DNA of 64,000 nucleotides from Candidatus Poribacteria bacterium (lineage in GTDB: Bacteria; Poribacteria; WGA-4E; PCPOR2b): assembly GCA_965208325.1 (NCBI GenBank), contig OZ242326.1, positions 4,352,001 through 4,416,000 on the forward strand. The letters run 5' to 3'. Positions 40,141-50,972 of this stretch are shown piece by piece (position 1 is the stretch's first letter; each line of letters starts with the position of its first letter). The translations under genes were made by a program, and so were the position numbers. The notes under the pieces were generated by a model. It was not told where the DNA came from and did no database searches. It saw only the letters and a list, made by a program, of their open reading frames with translations.

Positions 40141-41202
40141 TTGAACGGAGACATTGATGTGATTGAAGTTGATAACCTCACAAAAAATTACGGCACCACG
40201 GAAGCTTTGCGAGGCGTGTCCTTTAAGATAGATAAAGGCGAAGTGGTAGGCTTTCTCGGCCCAAACGGCGCGGGTAAAACAACGGCGATGCGCATATTGA
40301 CCTGTTTCATGCCCGCAAGCGGCGGAAGCGCCGCGGTTGCGGGCTATGATGTGTTCAAGGAATCCCTCGAAGTTAGGAAACACATCGGCTATCTTCCCGA
40401 GAGTGTGCCGTTGTACCCGGAGATGACTGTTACGGGGTATCTCAAATTCGTCGCAAAAATCAAAGGGACGCGACGCGGGGTACGAGCAGAGCGGTTGAAC
40501 TTAACCATTGACGCCTGCGGATTAAACGAGCACCGGAACCAAATTGTCGGTCATCTGTCCAAAGGGTTTCGGCAACGCGTCGGATTGGCGCAAGCGCTTA
40601 TTCATGATCCGGATGTCCTAATTCTGGATGAGCCCACGTCGGGGCTGGACCCGCGCCAAATTGTCGAGATTCGCGAACTCATCAAAAACTTGGGCAAGGA
40701 TCGCACAATCATCCTCAGCACACACATACTGCCGGAAGCTAGTATGACCTGCGAACGGTTGATTGTAATCAATGAAGGGCGGATTACCGGGAATGTAAAG
40801 CTGGTGGAAGGACGCGCCGTCTCGGTTGACGCGGGTGAGGGCGAGCACACCGAACTAGGCCGTGAGAATGAAATTTATCTTGAAGTGGCAGCGCCGGCTG
40901 ACGCCATTCCCTCAGCATTAAGCGAAATTCCCGATGTCAGGCGAGTTGAAAACCGGGGTTTGAGTCCGGGAAACAACCCGACTTTTCATGTCGGTTGCGA
41001 TGCCAACGTGGATATTCGTGCGCAATTATCCTCGCGAATTATACAAAACGGTTGGGGGCTGCTTGAAATGCGTTCGGTAGATATTACGCTTGAAGAACTC
41101 TTCCTGAAATTGACCACGCAGGCGGACAAGGGTTCCTACGATGAGGGAAGTAATTCGCCGGACTTCGAAGTGGAGGCTGGAGGCAGTCCAACCGCCGATT
41201 AG
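40141..41202 (+). CDS. ABC-2 type exporter ATP-binding protein (GldA-like)
   Basis: GPNGAGKTT, LSKGFRQRVG, LDEPTSGLDP, STH, C-terminal TLEELFLKLT. Confidence 0.9.
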   Translation: MNGDIDVIEVDNLTKNYGTTEALRGVSFKIDKGEVVGFLGPNGAGKTTAMRILTCFMPASGGSAAVAGYDVFKESLEVRKHIGYLPESVPLYPEMTVTGYLKFVAKIKGTRRGVRAERLNLTIDACGLNEHRNQIVGHLSKGFRQRVGLAQALIHDPDVLILDEPTSGLDPRQIVEIRELIKNLGKDRTIILSTHILPEASMTCERLIVINEGRITGNVKLVEGRAVSVDAGEGEHTELGRENEIYLEVAAPADAIPSALSEIPDVRRVENRGLSPGNNPTFHVGCDANVDIRAQLSSRIIQNGWGLLEMRSVDITLEELFLKLTTQADKGSYDEGSNSPDFEVEAGGSPTAD

Positions 41203-41224
41203 CTCAAATGATGGTTTAAGTGTG

Positions 41225-41632
41225 CTATGACTGCTTCGCAACTCTCAAGCGGTTTTCCGCTCTAGCTAACGCGGCTTCGGCGCGCGTGCGGTTAACCCCC
41301 GGATCCCGCGACTCCAGAAGTTCCTTTGCGCGCTGGCGCGCGGCTTCGGCGCGCTCAATGTCAATGTCGGACGCCCACTCTGCGGTATCCGCCAACACGG
41401 TAACGCCGGTTCGCAGCACCTCAAAAACGCCGCCGCTCGTAGCAAGAGATTTAGCCGCCTCGGATTCTCGGATTCGAATCTCTCCAGCCTCCAAGACTGT
41501 GAGAAAAGGAATATGCCCCGAGAGTATCTCAAACAAACCGAGTTCACCGGGGGCTCTCACGCTCGTAACTTCCCCGTCATAAATTAACTGTTGGGGCGTT
41601 CTGATTTCCAAAAGTAGTCGTTTTTCGAGCAT
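41225..41632 (-). CDS. atpC: ATP synthase epsilon subunit
   Basis: LEI.TP, PG..G...IL.GH.P, SGG..EV, ID.ERA. Confidence 0.93.
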   Translation of the reverse strand: MLEKRLLLEIRTPQQLIYDGEVTSVRAPGELGLFEILSGHIPFLTVLEAGEIRIRESEAAKSLATSGGVFEVLRTGVTVLADTAEWASDIDIERAEAARQRAKELLESRDPGVNRTRAEAALARAENRLRVAKQS

Positions 41633-41646
41633 TTTTTTCCGGTTAG

Positions 41647-43080
<1,434 letters not shown>

Positions 43081-43262
43081 CTATATTGCGAATTTTTTCA
43101 GTAAATTAGGGAATTCAAAATGTACGCCGGATTTTATCTGGAAAATAATTTCCTGTTGGTCTGCATTGGCGAAGATGCATTATACAGCGAATCTAAAATG
43201 TTGCATGAGTTGAGGTACGGCTCCCAAACGCTCGGCTTGTGAAGCCGCACCAATCTCAACGG

Positions 43263-44069
43263 CTACTCCTCTGCGTAGTCCAATCGCTGCGCGTACAGAA
43301 GTTGCGACGACCGGCTTGTGCGGTTCGGGAGTTCAATACTAACAGCCAGTGCCGCTTCGGTTTCCATGTACCTATTGGCGTCTGCGATGCTATCGAACTC
43401 AAACTCAACATACCGGTGCGGCGTTGCGCCGTGAATATTGTCGTATGAGGCAATCCGCTTGACCTCTTCAGGTTCCTGCAGACTTGGTGCCACAGTCGCA
43501 ATCCAATCCAGATACGCGTCTTTTCCGCCAAGCGGGTAGTCCACCAAATAAACCAGTTTAACCGTCCGCGTGGGGTTTTCGTCCTTAGTATATTCCGATG
43601 AGCGTTGCGCGAACACATGCGTACTCACTTGGCTGCTGCGATTTGGGAGATCCCGAAACACCGCAGCCACATCGGGTCGGCGTAGATATTTTGCCGCATC
43701 CGATAAATTATCAAATTCAAACTCAACCAGCCGATGCGGATTTTCCCCGCGAACATTGTCGTAAGATGCCACCCGGTTAAGTTCTTCGGGTGCCAGCAAT
43801 GTCGGAGCGACTTCCGCTATCCAAGCGAGATAGGCGGCTTTTCCGCCGACCGGATAGTCGACCAACCAGACTACCTTCACCGGTAAAGTTTCCAACTCAA
43901 CCATGTCGGAGTCCATAGGCGGCATGATGTCAATCGGAGGCGTCGTGTCGGGCTCGTCATCCTCCGGCGTCATCACATCCATCATCATATCTTGGGACAG
44001 ATCGCAACCGATTAAAGCTACCGCTGTCAAGATAGCCACAACTAACATGCGCCTTAGTTGAAATGTCAT
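43263..44069 (-). CDS. Hypothetical lipoprotein with two tandem ~90-aa alpha/beta domains (EthD/dimeric barrel-like)
   Basis: Lipobox LIGC, Met/Asp/Pro-rich linker, duplicated VK.V.LVDYP.GGK.AYL.WIA.VAP.L..PEE..R.ASYDN..G..PHR.VEFEFD. Confidence 0.7.
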   Translation of the reverse strand: MTFQLRRMLVVAILTAVALIGCDLSQDMMMDVMTPEDDEPDTTPPIDIMPPMDSDMVELETLPVKVVWLVDYPVGGKAAYLAWIAEVAPTLLAPEELNRVASYDNVRGENPHRLVEFEFDNLSDAAKYLRRPDVAAVFRDLPNRSSQVSTHVFAQRSSEYTKDENPTRTVKLVYLVDYPLGGKDAYLDWIATVAPSLQEPEEVKRIASYDNIHGATPHRYVEFEFDSIADANRYMETEAALAVSIELPNRTSRSSQLLYAQRLDYAEE

Positions 44070-44227
44070 CAGTTTGCCTCCTTTGGTGTAATAAATCATG
44101 ATTAGTTAAGTTTAAACCATCCGCTCACATCAGTTCTGAAAACCGAATTTCCCGTTGCATCCAGGTTCTGTTTGCTGACTTTGAAAGGCATAATTTCACC
44201 TTCCAAAGCACCGTGAAATACTGGCGT

Positions 44228-44635
44228 TTACTCGTCGAAATGGTAGATTATTTGGTCGAAGCGGTGGCAGGCAAATGAGAACACGAAAATTAACGGCTCG
44301 CCGCCGGTGCACCGGACGGCATGTTTCGCGTTCGACGGAATAAAGACCGCCGAACCCGGTTCTATCTCCGATTCGTGATTCTCAATTGTCATATGGCCCG
44401 TGCCGCTGACGACGTAATACGTCTCCTCGGGCTCGTGGTGGTGAAGGGGAAGCCGCGTACCGGTTGGGAAATCCGCTATGCCTGTAACCAGCCCGCTGCT
44501 CGGTCCTTTTTCGCCGGTAACCAGAAGTTTCCAGCGAATCTGGCTTTTGGCGGCAATGACGGGATCGGCCCAACCCTCCCAAGCGAGTTCTGCTTGATTG
44601 ATGATTATGGGTTTCTGACCGCTCATAACTTCCAC
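44228..44635 (-). CDS. Cupin-domain protein resembling the DMSP lyases DddK/DddW
   Basis: RWK.L, SSGL..G.A, LH.H.P.E.Y, G..V.I..NA.HA, RF....Y. Confidence 0.7.
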   Translation of the reverse strand: MEVMSGQKPIIINQAELAWEGWADPVIAAKSQIRWKLLVTGEKGPSSGLVTGIADFPTGTRLPLHHHEPEETYYVVSGTGHMTIENHESEIEPGSAVFIPSNAKHAVRCTGGEPLIFVFSFACHRFDQIIYHFDE

Positions 44636-44673
44636 GTTTTTTCGGTATTGAGAAAGGACACCGCATCAGGAAT

Positions 44674-45540
44674 TTAACCCTCAAGTGCCGCTGCGCCGCT
44701 CACAATCTCCGAAATCTCCGTCGTAATCTGCGTCTGGCGTGCCCGGTTCCGCTGTAAGACCAAATCGTCAATGAGTTCCTTGGCGTTTCGTGTGGCATTC
44801 TCCATCGCCGTCATCCGCGCCGCTTGCTCGGCAGCGTTGGAGTCCAAAAGCACCTTCCACATCTGCATATTAAGATGTTTCGCCAATACCGACTGAAATA
44901 TCGCATCTTGTTCGGGCTCATAGAGATAATCTAGGAACAGGTCGTCGCCGGTCGGCACTTCCGGGGTAAGCGGCAGCAACTGCTCGACCAAGACCGTCTG
45001 CAGAATGGCAGATTTGAAATCGTTGTAGATGACCTCCACTTTATCGACCGCTTTGTCTCTGTAAAGAGGCTCAAACTCTGCCACTATGGCGACTGCTGAC
45101 TCGAATGCAAGTTGCCGAAAAATGTTCACATATTCGGCGATGATATTATAATTGCGCCGTGCGAAATGGTCGCGTGTGCGCCTGCCGACGCAGATGACCG
45201 AGACCTCCGAGCCCTGCGCTTCATAGTAAGCCCTCCGCTGCGTTGTTGTTCGAATGACATTGCTGTTAAAGCTGCCGCACAACCCGCGGTCCGCGGACAC
45301 GGAGATGAGGCAAACCCGCTTCAGTTTGCGTGACTCGAGCAGGGGATGGGTAGGATTCTCAATCTGCGAAATAAGATGTCCCAAAATGGTGTTGAATTTT
45401 TCCGCGAACGGGCGCGTCGCGAGGATGTTTTCTTGTGCGCGCCGCAGCCTCGCCGCGGCGACCACTCGCATCGCATCCGTCACCTGCGCAATATTTTCGA
45501 TACTTGCGATTCGGCGCCTAATTTCACGTAGTGTTGACAT
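44674..45540 (-). CDS. atpG: ATP synthase gamma subunit
   Basis: LREIRRRI.S, DRGLCG.FN, E..ARM.AM..AT.NA, RQ..IT.EI.EIVSGA. Confidence 0.96.
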   Translation of the reverse strand: MSTLREIRRRIASIENIAQVTDAMRVVAAARLRRAQENILATRPFAEKFNTILGHLISQIENPTHPLLESRKLKRVCLISVSADRGLCGSFNSNVIRTTTQRRAYYEAQGSEVSVICVGRRTRDHFARRNYNIIAEYVNIFRQLAFESAVAIVAEFEPLYRDKAVDKVEVIYNDFKSAILQTVLVEQLLPLTPEVPTGDDLFLDYLYEPEQDAIFQSVLAKHLNMQMWKVLLDSNAAEQAARMTAMENATRNAKELIDDLVLQRNRARQTQITTEISEIVSGAAALEG

Positions 45541-45558
45541 GGGGGAAAGTTAGAAGAA

Positions 45559-45656
45559 TAATGAGTAAAGCGTAATGCGTAATGCGTAATGCGTAATGAG
45601 TAATGAGTAATGAGTAATGCGTAATGAGTAATACGTAATGCGTAATGCGTAATGCG
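45559..45656. repeat. Heptamer tandem array A, 14 x TAAT(G/A)(C/A)G-type units
   Basis: Read directly (TAATGCG/TAATGAG/TAATACG). Confidence 0.95.
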
Positions 45657-45669
45657 TGATTAAGAAGGA

Positions 45670-46128
45670 TTAGTCGTTTAGGGGTGTTTCGGTGTCGTCG
45701 ATATTGTAGGGTTCAGATTCTTCTTTTAAATTAGATTTTCTCTGATTTGAAAGCATCACGAGCAATAATCGGATAATTTCGGTCATCAATTCTAAGCGGT
45801 GATCGATAATAGATTCATTCAGAATGAAGCGGGCTTTGAAATACCAATCTCGGCACTCTCGAGCCGATCCGAGCGCATATTCGTAAAACCGGGCGCGGTC
45901 TCTATCGCTGCTTCGGCTGAATCCTTCGGCGATATTTGCGCTGATTGAACCGAGTGATCTGCAAAGCTGATCGGATAAAGAAACAGCGCGTCTGTCTTTA
46001 GCCAGCGCTGTGATGTCGGCCCAGCCGATATTCGCGGCGTACAGCGCCAACCGGTAGACCTTTACCCTCCATAGTGCATCGCCGGTAATGCTTTCAGGTA
46101 CCGTCCGCTGCCACTCCTCGAACTTCAT
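45670..46128 (-). CDS. Four helix bundle protein (23S rRNA IVP/S23/bAvd-like superfamily)
   Basis: QL.RS..SI.ANIAEG..R.S..DR.RF...A.GS..E motif. Confidence 0.88.
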   Translation of the reverse strand: MKFEEWQRTVPESITGDALWRVKVYRLALYAANIGWADITALAKDRRAVSLSDQLCRSLGSISANIAEGFSRSSDRDRARFYEYALGSARECRDWYFKARFILNESIIDHRLELMTEIIRLLLVMLSNQRKSNLKEESEPYNIDDTETPLND

Positions 46129-46154
46129 GGCTTTCGCCCTTTGCGCCTTAATGT

Positions 46155-46193
46155 ATATGAGTAATGCGTAATACGTAATGCGTAACTAGTAAT
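46155..46193. repeat. Heptamer array B (~5 units, same orientation as A)
   Basis: ATATGAG TAATGCG TAATACG TAATGCG TAACTAG. Confidence 0.85.
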
Positions 46194-46236
46194 TCAACGC
46201 TCATTTCCAAAGCCTTACTAATAGCCTTTAATCGCC

Positions 46237-46376
46237 TCATGCAACTACCAGAATGCAACGCCCTTTTATATGCCAATCTCGGCACTCTCGAGCCAATCCT
46301 AGCGCATATTCGAATTCCAAAGCGCATCGCCGGTAATACGCTCGGGCACAGTATTCTGCCACTCCCCGAACTTCAT
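46237..46376 (-). pseudogene. Internally deleted, frameshifted paralog of the four helix bundle gene
   Basis: Same AAGGGCGAAAGCC-ATG leader; MKFGEWQNTVPERITGDALW, then a frame jump to EYALGLARECRDWHIKGRCIL* (intact gene: MKFEEWQRTVPESITGDALW ... EYALGSARECRDWYFKARFIL). Confidence 0.85.
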
Positions 46377-46394
46377 GGCTTTCGCCCTTGCTTC

Positions 46395-46478
46395 TTACGC
46401 ATTACGTATTACGTATTACGTATTTTTCCTAACGAGTAACGAGTAATACGTAATACGTAATACGTAATACGTAATACG
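46395..46478. repeat. Inverted pair of heptamer arrays C (4 x TTACG(C/T)A, 46395-46422) and D (7 x TAA(TAC/CGA)G, 46430-46478)
   Basis: C is the reverse complement of the A/B/D unit; D begins 4 nt after the atpA stop. Confidence 0.9.
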
Positions 46479-46482
46479 CAAC

Positions 46483-48009
46483 TCATAGCTCATTACTAAA
46501 TTCACCTTTAAAACTCTTTACAGCCTCATGCAGTTTGTCAATCAATTCATCACTGAGTTGTCCCGACTCTGCAATCTCCTTGAGGATGTCCGCGTGATTT
46601 CTCTCCATATATGCCAAGAATTCGGATTCAAACCGCGCCACCAAATTTGTTTCAATGTCGTCCAGATACCCGTTCGATCCGCAGAAAATAGAGGCAATCT
46701 GTTTCTCGACAGGCATTGGCTCATATTGAGGTTGTTTCAGCAATTCAACCAACCGCTCACCACGCCGAAGCTGGCTTTGCGTTGAAGCGTCGAGGTCGGA
46801 ACCGAACTGCGCGAAGGCGGCAACTTCGCGGAAACTCGCCAGATCAAGTTTCAGCGTCCCCGCAACTTCGTCCGATTTCATGGCTTTGGTCTGCGCATCG
46901 CCGCCGACGCGAGACACCGAGGTGCCTACATCTATTGCCGGACGGACGCCTTGATTGAAGAGTTCGGAAGTCAGGTAAATCTGTCCGTCGGTAATCGAAA
47001 TCACATTGGTCGGGATGTAGGTTGTGAGATCGCCTTCGAAAATTTCAATAATTGGCAATGAGGTCAACGAACCCCCGCCCAAGTCGTCGCTGAGTTTTGC
47101 GGCGCGTTCCAACAGCCGTGAGTGGAGATAGAATACGTCGCCCGGATATGCTTCGCGCCCCGGCGGGCGGCGTGAGAGCAGCGACATCTGGCGGTATGCC
47201 CACGCATGTTTGGTCAAGTCGTCGTAAATTACCAGTGCGTGCTGCCCCTTGTCGCGGAAATATTCACCCATCGAGGTGCCCGTGTAGGGCGCAAGATATT
47301 GGAGCGGGGACGGTTCGCTCGCCGGCGCGGAAACGACAATGGTGTAATCCATCGCGCCGTGTTCTTCTAGGGTATTCACGACCTGCGCGACGGTCGAACC
47401 CTTCTGTCCGACGGCCACATAGATGCAAAACACGCCGGTATTTTTTTGATTGATGATAGTATCAATCGGGATAGCCGTCTTGCCCGTTTGACGGTCGCCG
47501 ATAATTAGCTCGCGCTGCCCTCGTCCGATGGGCGTCATGCTGTCAATCGCCTTTAAACCTGTATAAAGCGGTTCGTTCACGGGCTGGCGTTGGACGATTC
47601 CCAGCCCCTTCCGCTCAACGGGGAGGGTCTGCTCGGTCTTAATTTCTCCTTTTCCGTCAATCGGTTGTCCGAGCGCGTTCACGGCGCGCCCAAGCAGCGC
47701 CTCGCCGACGGGCACTTCAAGCAGCCTGTTCGTGCGCTTGGCGATATCGCCCTCGTGGATTAGCTTATCCTCGCCGAAGAGAACGCAGCCGACGTTGTCC
47801 TCTTCGAGGTTGAACGCCATCCCGAACACCTCGTTCGGGAATTCAACCATCTCGCTCGCCATAACGTTGGCAAGCCCGTGCACGCGGGCAATACCGTCGC
47901 CGACATCCAACACCGTTCCGGAGTCGTAAACGTCGACCTGCTGGCTGTATTGCAGCAGTTGTTGCTTTAATATGTTTGAAACCTCATCGGGTCTAACTTC
48001 TCTTGCCAT
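46483..48009 (-). CDS. atpA: ATP synthase alpha subunit
   Basis: [54 protein letters not shown]. Confidence 0.97.
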   Translation of the reverse strand: MAREVRPDEVSNILKQQLLQYSQQVDVYDSGTVLDVGDGIARVHGLANVMASEMVEFPNEVFGMAFNLEEDNVGCVLFGEDKLIHEGDIAKRTNRLLEVPVGEALLGRAVNALGQPIDGKGEIKTEQTLPVERKGLGIVQRQPVNEPLYTGLKAIDSMTPIGRGQRELIIGDRQTGKTAIPIDTIINQKNTGVFCIYVAVGQKGSTVAQVVNTLEEHGAMDYTIVVSAPASEPSPLQYLAPYTGTSMGEYFRDKGQHALVIYDDLTKHAWAYRQMSLLSRRPPGREAYPGDVFYLHSRLLERAAKLSDDLGGGSLTSLPIIEIFEGDLTTYIPTNVISITDGQIYLTSELFNQGVRPAIDVGTSVSRVGGDAQTKAMKSDEVAGTLKLDLASFREVAAFAQFGSDLDASTQSQLRRGERLVELLKQPQYEPMPVEKQIASIFCGSNGYLDDIETNLVARFESEFLAYMERNHADILKEIAESGQLSDELIDKLHEAVKSFKGEFSNEL

Positions 48010-48024
48010 GAACTGTTTTCTCCC

Positions 48025-48567
48025 TTATCCCCTCGCAAGCAATGTTCTCATTCGCTGAAGCTGCGTGACAACACTGCCGTCGAATACGGTGTCCCCCAAT
48101 CGAACGACGGTTCCGCCTTGGATACCGGTGTCTATGCCCAACTCGAGCCGCACCTCCGCCGCGCCCGAATAGTCGAGCAGCCGCTGCGTGAGGTCTTCCT
48201 GCTGCGCATCGTTTAACGGCACGGCTGAGGTGACTTGGGCAACCACGCGTCCGGCTTTTCGATCGACAATCTCTAAAAATGCCTTCAATATTGCGGTTAA
48301 GAACCGGTCACGCTGTTTCGACGCGAGCAGCAGCAGGAAATTGAGCGTAAGCGGTTCCACAGTCTCTGATAAGAGCTGTTGAAACATCTCGCCCTTGAAC
48401 CGCGGGGATAGAATCGGGTTGCTCAAGAAGTTTTCGAAATCTTCCGATTCACTTGTCAGCTCAATAAGCCGATTAGCATCCGCGACGATGGGGGCCAACG
48501 CCTCCTGCTCTATAGCTGCGTCATACAGCGCTTGCGCGTAGGGTTTGGCAATGCGAATCTCTCTCAT
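48025..48567 (-). CDS. atpH: ATP synthase delta subunit
   Basis: A..YA.AL, V.SA.PL, I.GG.VV..GD.V.DGS; position in operon. Confidence 0.93.
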   Translation of the reverse strand: MREIRIAKPYAQALYDAAIEQEALAPIVADANRLIELTSESEDFENFLSNPILSPRFKGEMFQQLLSETVEPLTLNFLLLLASKQRDRFLTAILKAFLEIVDRKAGRVVAQVTSAVPLNDAQQEDLTQRLLDYSGAAEVRLELGIDTGIQGGTVVRLGDTVFDGSVVTQLQRMRTLLARG

Positions 48568-48600
48568 TGGATAGTGTTTCTTTAAATTGAATGTTAGATA

Positions 48601-49203
48601 CTATTGGGTGTTCTGCGCCGGTAGGCGGCCGATCGACTCATCAATAATGTGCCGATGTTTCTCGGCGTCGAGCGTCTGATCGATGATTTTTCCTGCGGCG
48701 TCAATAGCGATTTCGGCGACAGTCCCTCGCAATTCGAGAATGGCTCCCTCTTTTTCGCGCTGAATTGCGGCGCGGGCCTTTTCGAGTTCCGCGCCCGCAT
48801 CTTGGCGCGCCGTATCGAGTATGCGCTGCCGCTCGGCGTTTCCTTCATCAATCGCCGCCTGAATCTTCGCCTGCCCCTCGGATTCAATCTCGCTGAGACG
48901 TTGACGCGTTTCAGCGTTCAACCGGTCGAGTTCAAGCTGATCTGCCTCGAGCTTCTCCATTCGCGAGGTAATCTCCTGCTGGCGGTCATCCAAAAGCCCA
49001 CCGATGCGGCCGAAGACGAATTTCCATAGCACAAACAGAACAACAAGAAACCCAATCACCTGAAGGATTATTGTCTGCGGATCGATTCCAATGGCGCCCA
49101 ATAATCCGCCGCCGTCACCACCGTCTTCCGCGGCAAATGCGGACGGAATCGCTGCTAAAGTGAACGCACAGAACGATAAGATTATAACTGAAATTATTTT
49201 CAT
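48601..49203 (-). CDS. atpF: ATP synthase b subunit with signal-peptide-like N-terminal extension
   Basis: TM Q...F.V.LF.L, R...I coiled coil, A...A.KII; position in operon. Confidence 0.9.
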   Translation of the reverse strand: MKIISVIILSFCAFTLAAIPSAFAAEDGGDGGGLLGAIGIDPQTIILQVIGFLVVLFVLWKFVFGRIGGLLDDRQQEITSRMEKLEADQLELDRLNAETRQRLSEIESEGQAKIQAAIDEGNAERQRILDTARQDAGAELEKARAAIQREKEGAILELRGTVAEIAIDAAGKIIDQTLDAEKHRHIIDESIGRLPAQNTQ

Positions 49204-49278
49204 AATGATACGCCGTCTCGTCCTTGCTGAAACATAGCGCGCGACCGAAACGATCGCGCTTTACGTTTCACGACCCTT

Positions 49279-49608
49279 CTAGTGGCTGTGATCTGCGTCG
49301 TGGTGCTCTTGGGACGATCCCACCTGCATTATCTTTTCAAGCGCACTGACCTTTTCGCCTTCAGCCGGGGTTACATCCGGCAGTTTGCCCATCAGCAAGA
49401 AAAAGATTAGCAGCGAATAGATAACCAGCGATTCGATGAGCGCCAGACCGATAATCATCGCCGTCTGAATCCGAGGCGCCGCCTCGGGTTGACGTGCAAT
49501 GCCTTCGAGAGCGGTGCTTGTCGCCTTTCCTTGTGCAGTTGATGCCGCTATCACGGCGATGGGCAGACCGAGCGCCACGCCAAAAGCTAAAACAGCGAGA
49601 TAAATCAT
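49279..49608 (-). CDS. atpE: ATP synthase c subunit with C-terminal His-rich extension
   Basis: AQG...ARQPEA loop, IESLVIY. Confidence 0.95.
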   Translation of the reverse strand: MIYLAVLAFGVALGLPIAVIAASTAQGKATSTALEGIARQPEAAPRIQTAMIIGLALIESLVIYSLLIFFLLMGKLPDVTPAEGEKVSALEKIMQVGSSQEHHDADHSH

Positions 49609-49695
49609 GAATGTTCCTCCTTTAAATTTTATACCGAAACAGAGTTTTGCAACCGAAATAACGATAAATTACGGACGGCGCTAGCCGCCCATTGT

Positions 49696-50541
49696 TCAAG
49701 GATGCGCCTCCGCGCCGTGCGCTTCATCATCGTGAGAAAGAAAGGTCACGATGTAGATTGAGGTCAACATCGAGAAGACCAGTGCTTGCAGGAAGCCGCC
49801 AAACAACCCGAAAAACAGCATCGGCACCTGGATTGGAACCCAAGGAATCATGCCCGCGATCGCCGGAATTGCAAGCCCCAAAAGCGTCAAATTAATGACG
49901 ACGGACTCCTCGCCGAAGATATTGCCGAAAAGCCGAATCGCCAGTGAGCCTGCGCGTGCGATTTCGCCGATGATGTGCAGTGGAAACATCAATGGCCCCA
50001 ACCACCACGGATCGCCGATGAAGTGCCGCAGATAGCCGACCAGCCCGTTCTCCTTTATCGCAATGATATGAACGCCAATCAGCGCGCTGATGCCGAGCGC
50101 TAGCGTGGTGTTCAAATCTGCCGTCGGAGATTGAAAACCGGGTATGAGGCCGAGGTAGTTCAAAAACAGGATAAAGATGAAATAGGAGCCGACGAACGGA
50201 ACATATTTCTTTCCGTTTTCGCCCAAGATTCCACCGAAGAAGTTGATTAAACCGCCGACGAACAGTTCTAGAAACGTCTGTCCTTTGCCGCGCGGGAGGC
50301 GCTTTAAGTTCCGCGTGGCGGCGATGAAGAGGATGGCGATAAACAACACCACGAAATAGGCGTTGGGGATGAGATCCGGCTGATGCCACCGTTGCGGTTC
50401 CGGAACAATTTCATTCGGCAGCAGTTTGGAGATTGGGCTTAACCAGGAACGGTGCGCATCTTCGCCCGCAGAAGCGGCGGGAACCGCGACCGCAGCGGAG
50501 ATTAAGATTGTAAATGACAGCGTGAAAACCAATTTTCTCAT
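49696..50541 (-). CDS. atpB: ATP synthase a subunit
   Basis: N.LGLIPG..SPT.D.N, SL.IRLFGNIFGEE, LQA.VF..L...Y. Confidence 0.95.
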   Translation of the reverse strand: MRKLVFTLSFTILISAAVAVPAASAGEDAHRSWLSPISKLLPNEIVPEPQRWHQPDLIPNAYFVVLFIAILFIAATRNLKRLPRGKGQTFLELFVGGLINFFGGILGENGKKYVPFVGSYFIFILFLNYLGLIPGFQSPTADLNTTLALGISALIGVHIIAIKENGLVGYLRHFIGDPWWLGPLMFPLHIIGEIARAGSLAIRLFGNIFGEESVVINLTLLGLAIPAIAGMIPWVPIQVPMLFFGLFGGFLQALVFSMLTSIYIVTFLSHDDEAHGAEAHP

Positions 50542-50554
50542 AGTGTATCGTTCA

Positions 50555-50971
50555 TTAACGCTTTGTTGCGCCGCCTTTGAACAGAATCCCCGCCATTAGC
50601 CCGAAGGCTTTAAGAATTATGACTACCTGCACGAGCCCGACGCCTGCCGCCAGGGTGTAGATATTCAACCAGTCTGCTTTCATCAAGAAATAAAAGCCGG
50701 CGAAAATAACTGTAAATTTGCCGAGTGCGATGAATCCAAGCCACCGCTTCGCTTTGGGCGAACTCCCGGGCACTACCATACGGCGTATGACAAGTTCCAG
50801 CGCCAATACAGCGCCCAAACTGAACAGGCTGCCGATGGCAAAACTTAAACCGGCCGGAAACCCGTATATTCCCCAAAGCACCGCCGTCCCGAGCAACGCA
50901 AGTATGGTGGACAAGCGGTAGACCTGCTTTAGGAATCGATCGTCCACTTCAATCGGTGCGCGCGGGTTCAC
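50555..50971 (-). CDS. atpI: ATP synthase protein I-like membrane protein
   Basis: About four TM segments, directly upstream of atpB; GTG start at 50971 inferred. Confidence 0.7.
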   Translation of the reverse strand: MNPRAPIEVDDRFLKQVYRLSTILALLGTAVLWGIYGFPAGLSFAIGSLFSLGAVLALELVIRRMVVPGSSPKAKRWLGFIALGKFTVIFAGFYFLMKADWLNIYTLAAGVGLVQVVIILKAFGLMAGILFKGGATKR

Positions 50972-50972
50972 T

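Noticed and set aside
45670..46376. Diversity-generating retroelement (Avd-like gene plus template repeat)
   Set aside because: No reverse transcriptase in the window, and differences between the copies are not confined to adenines
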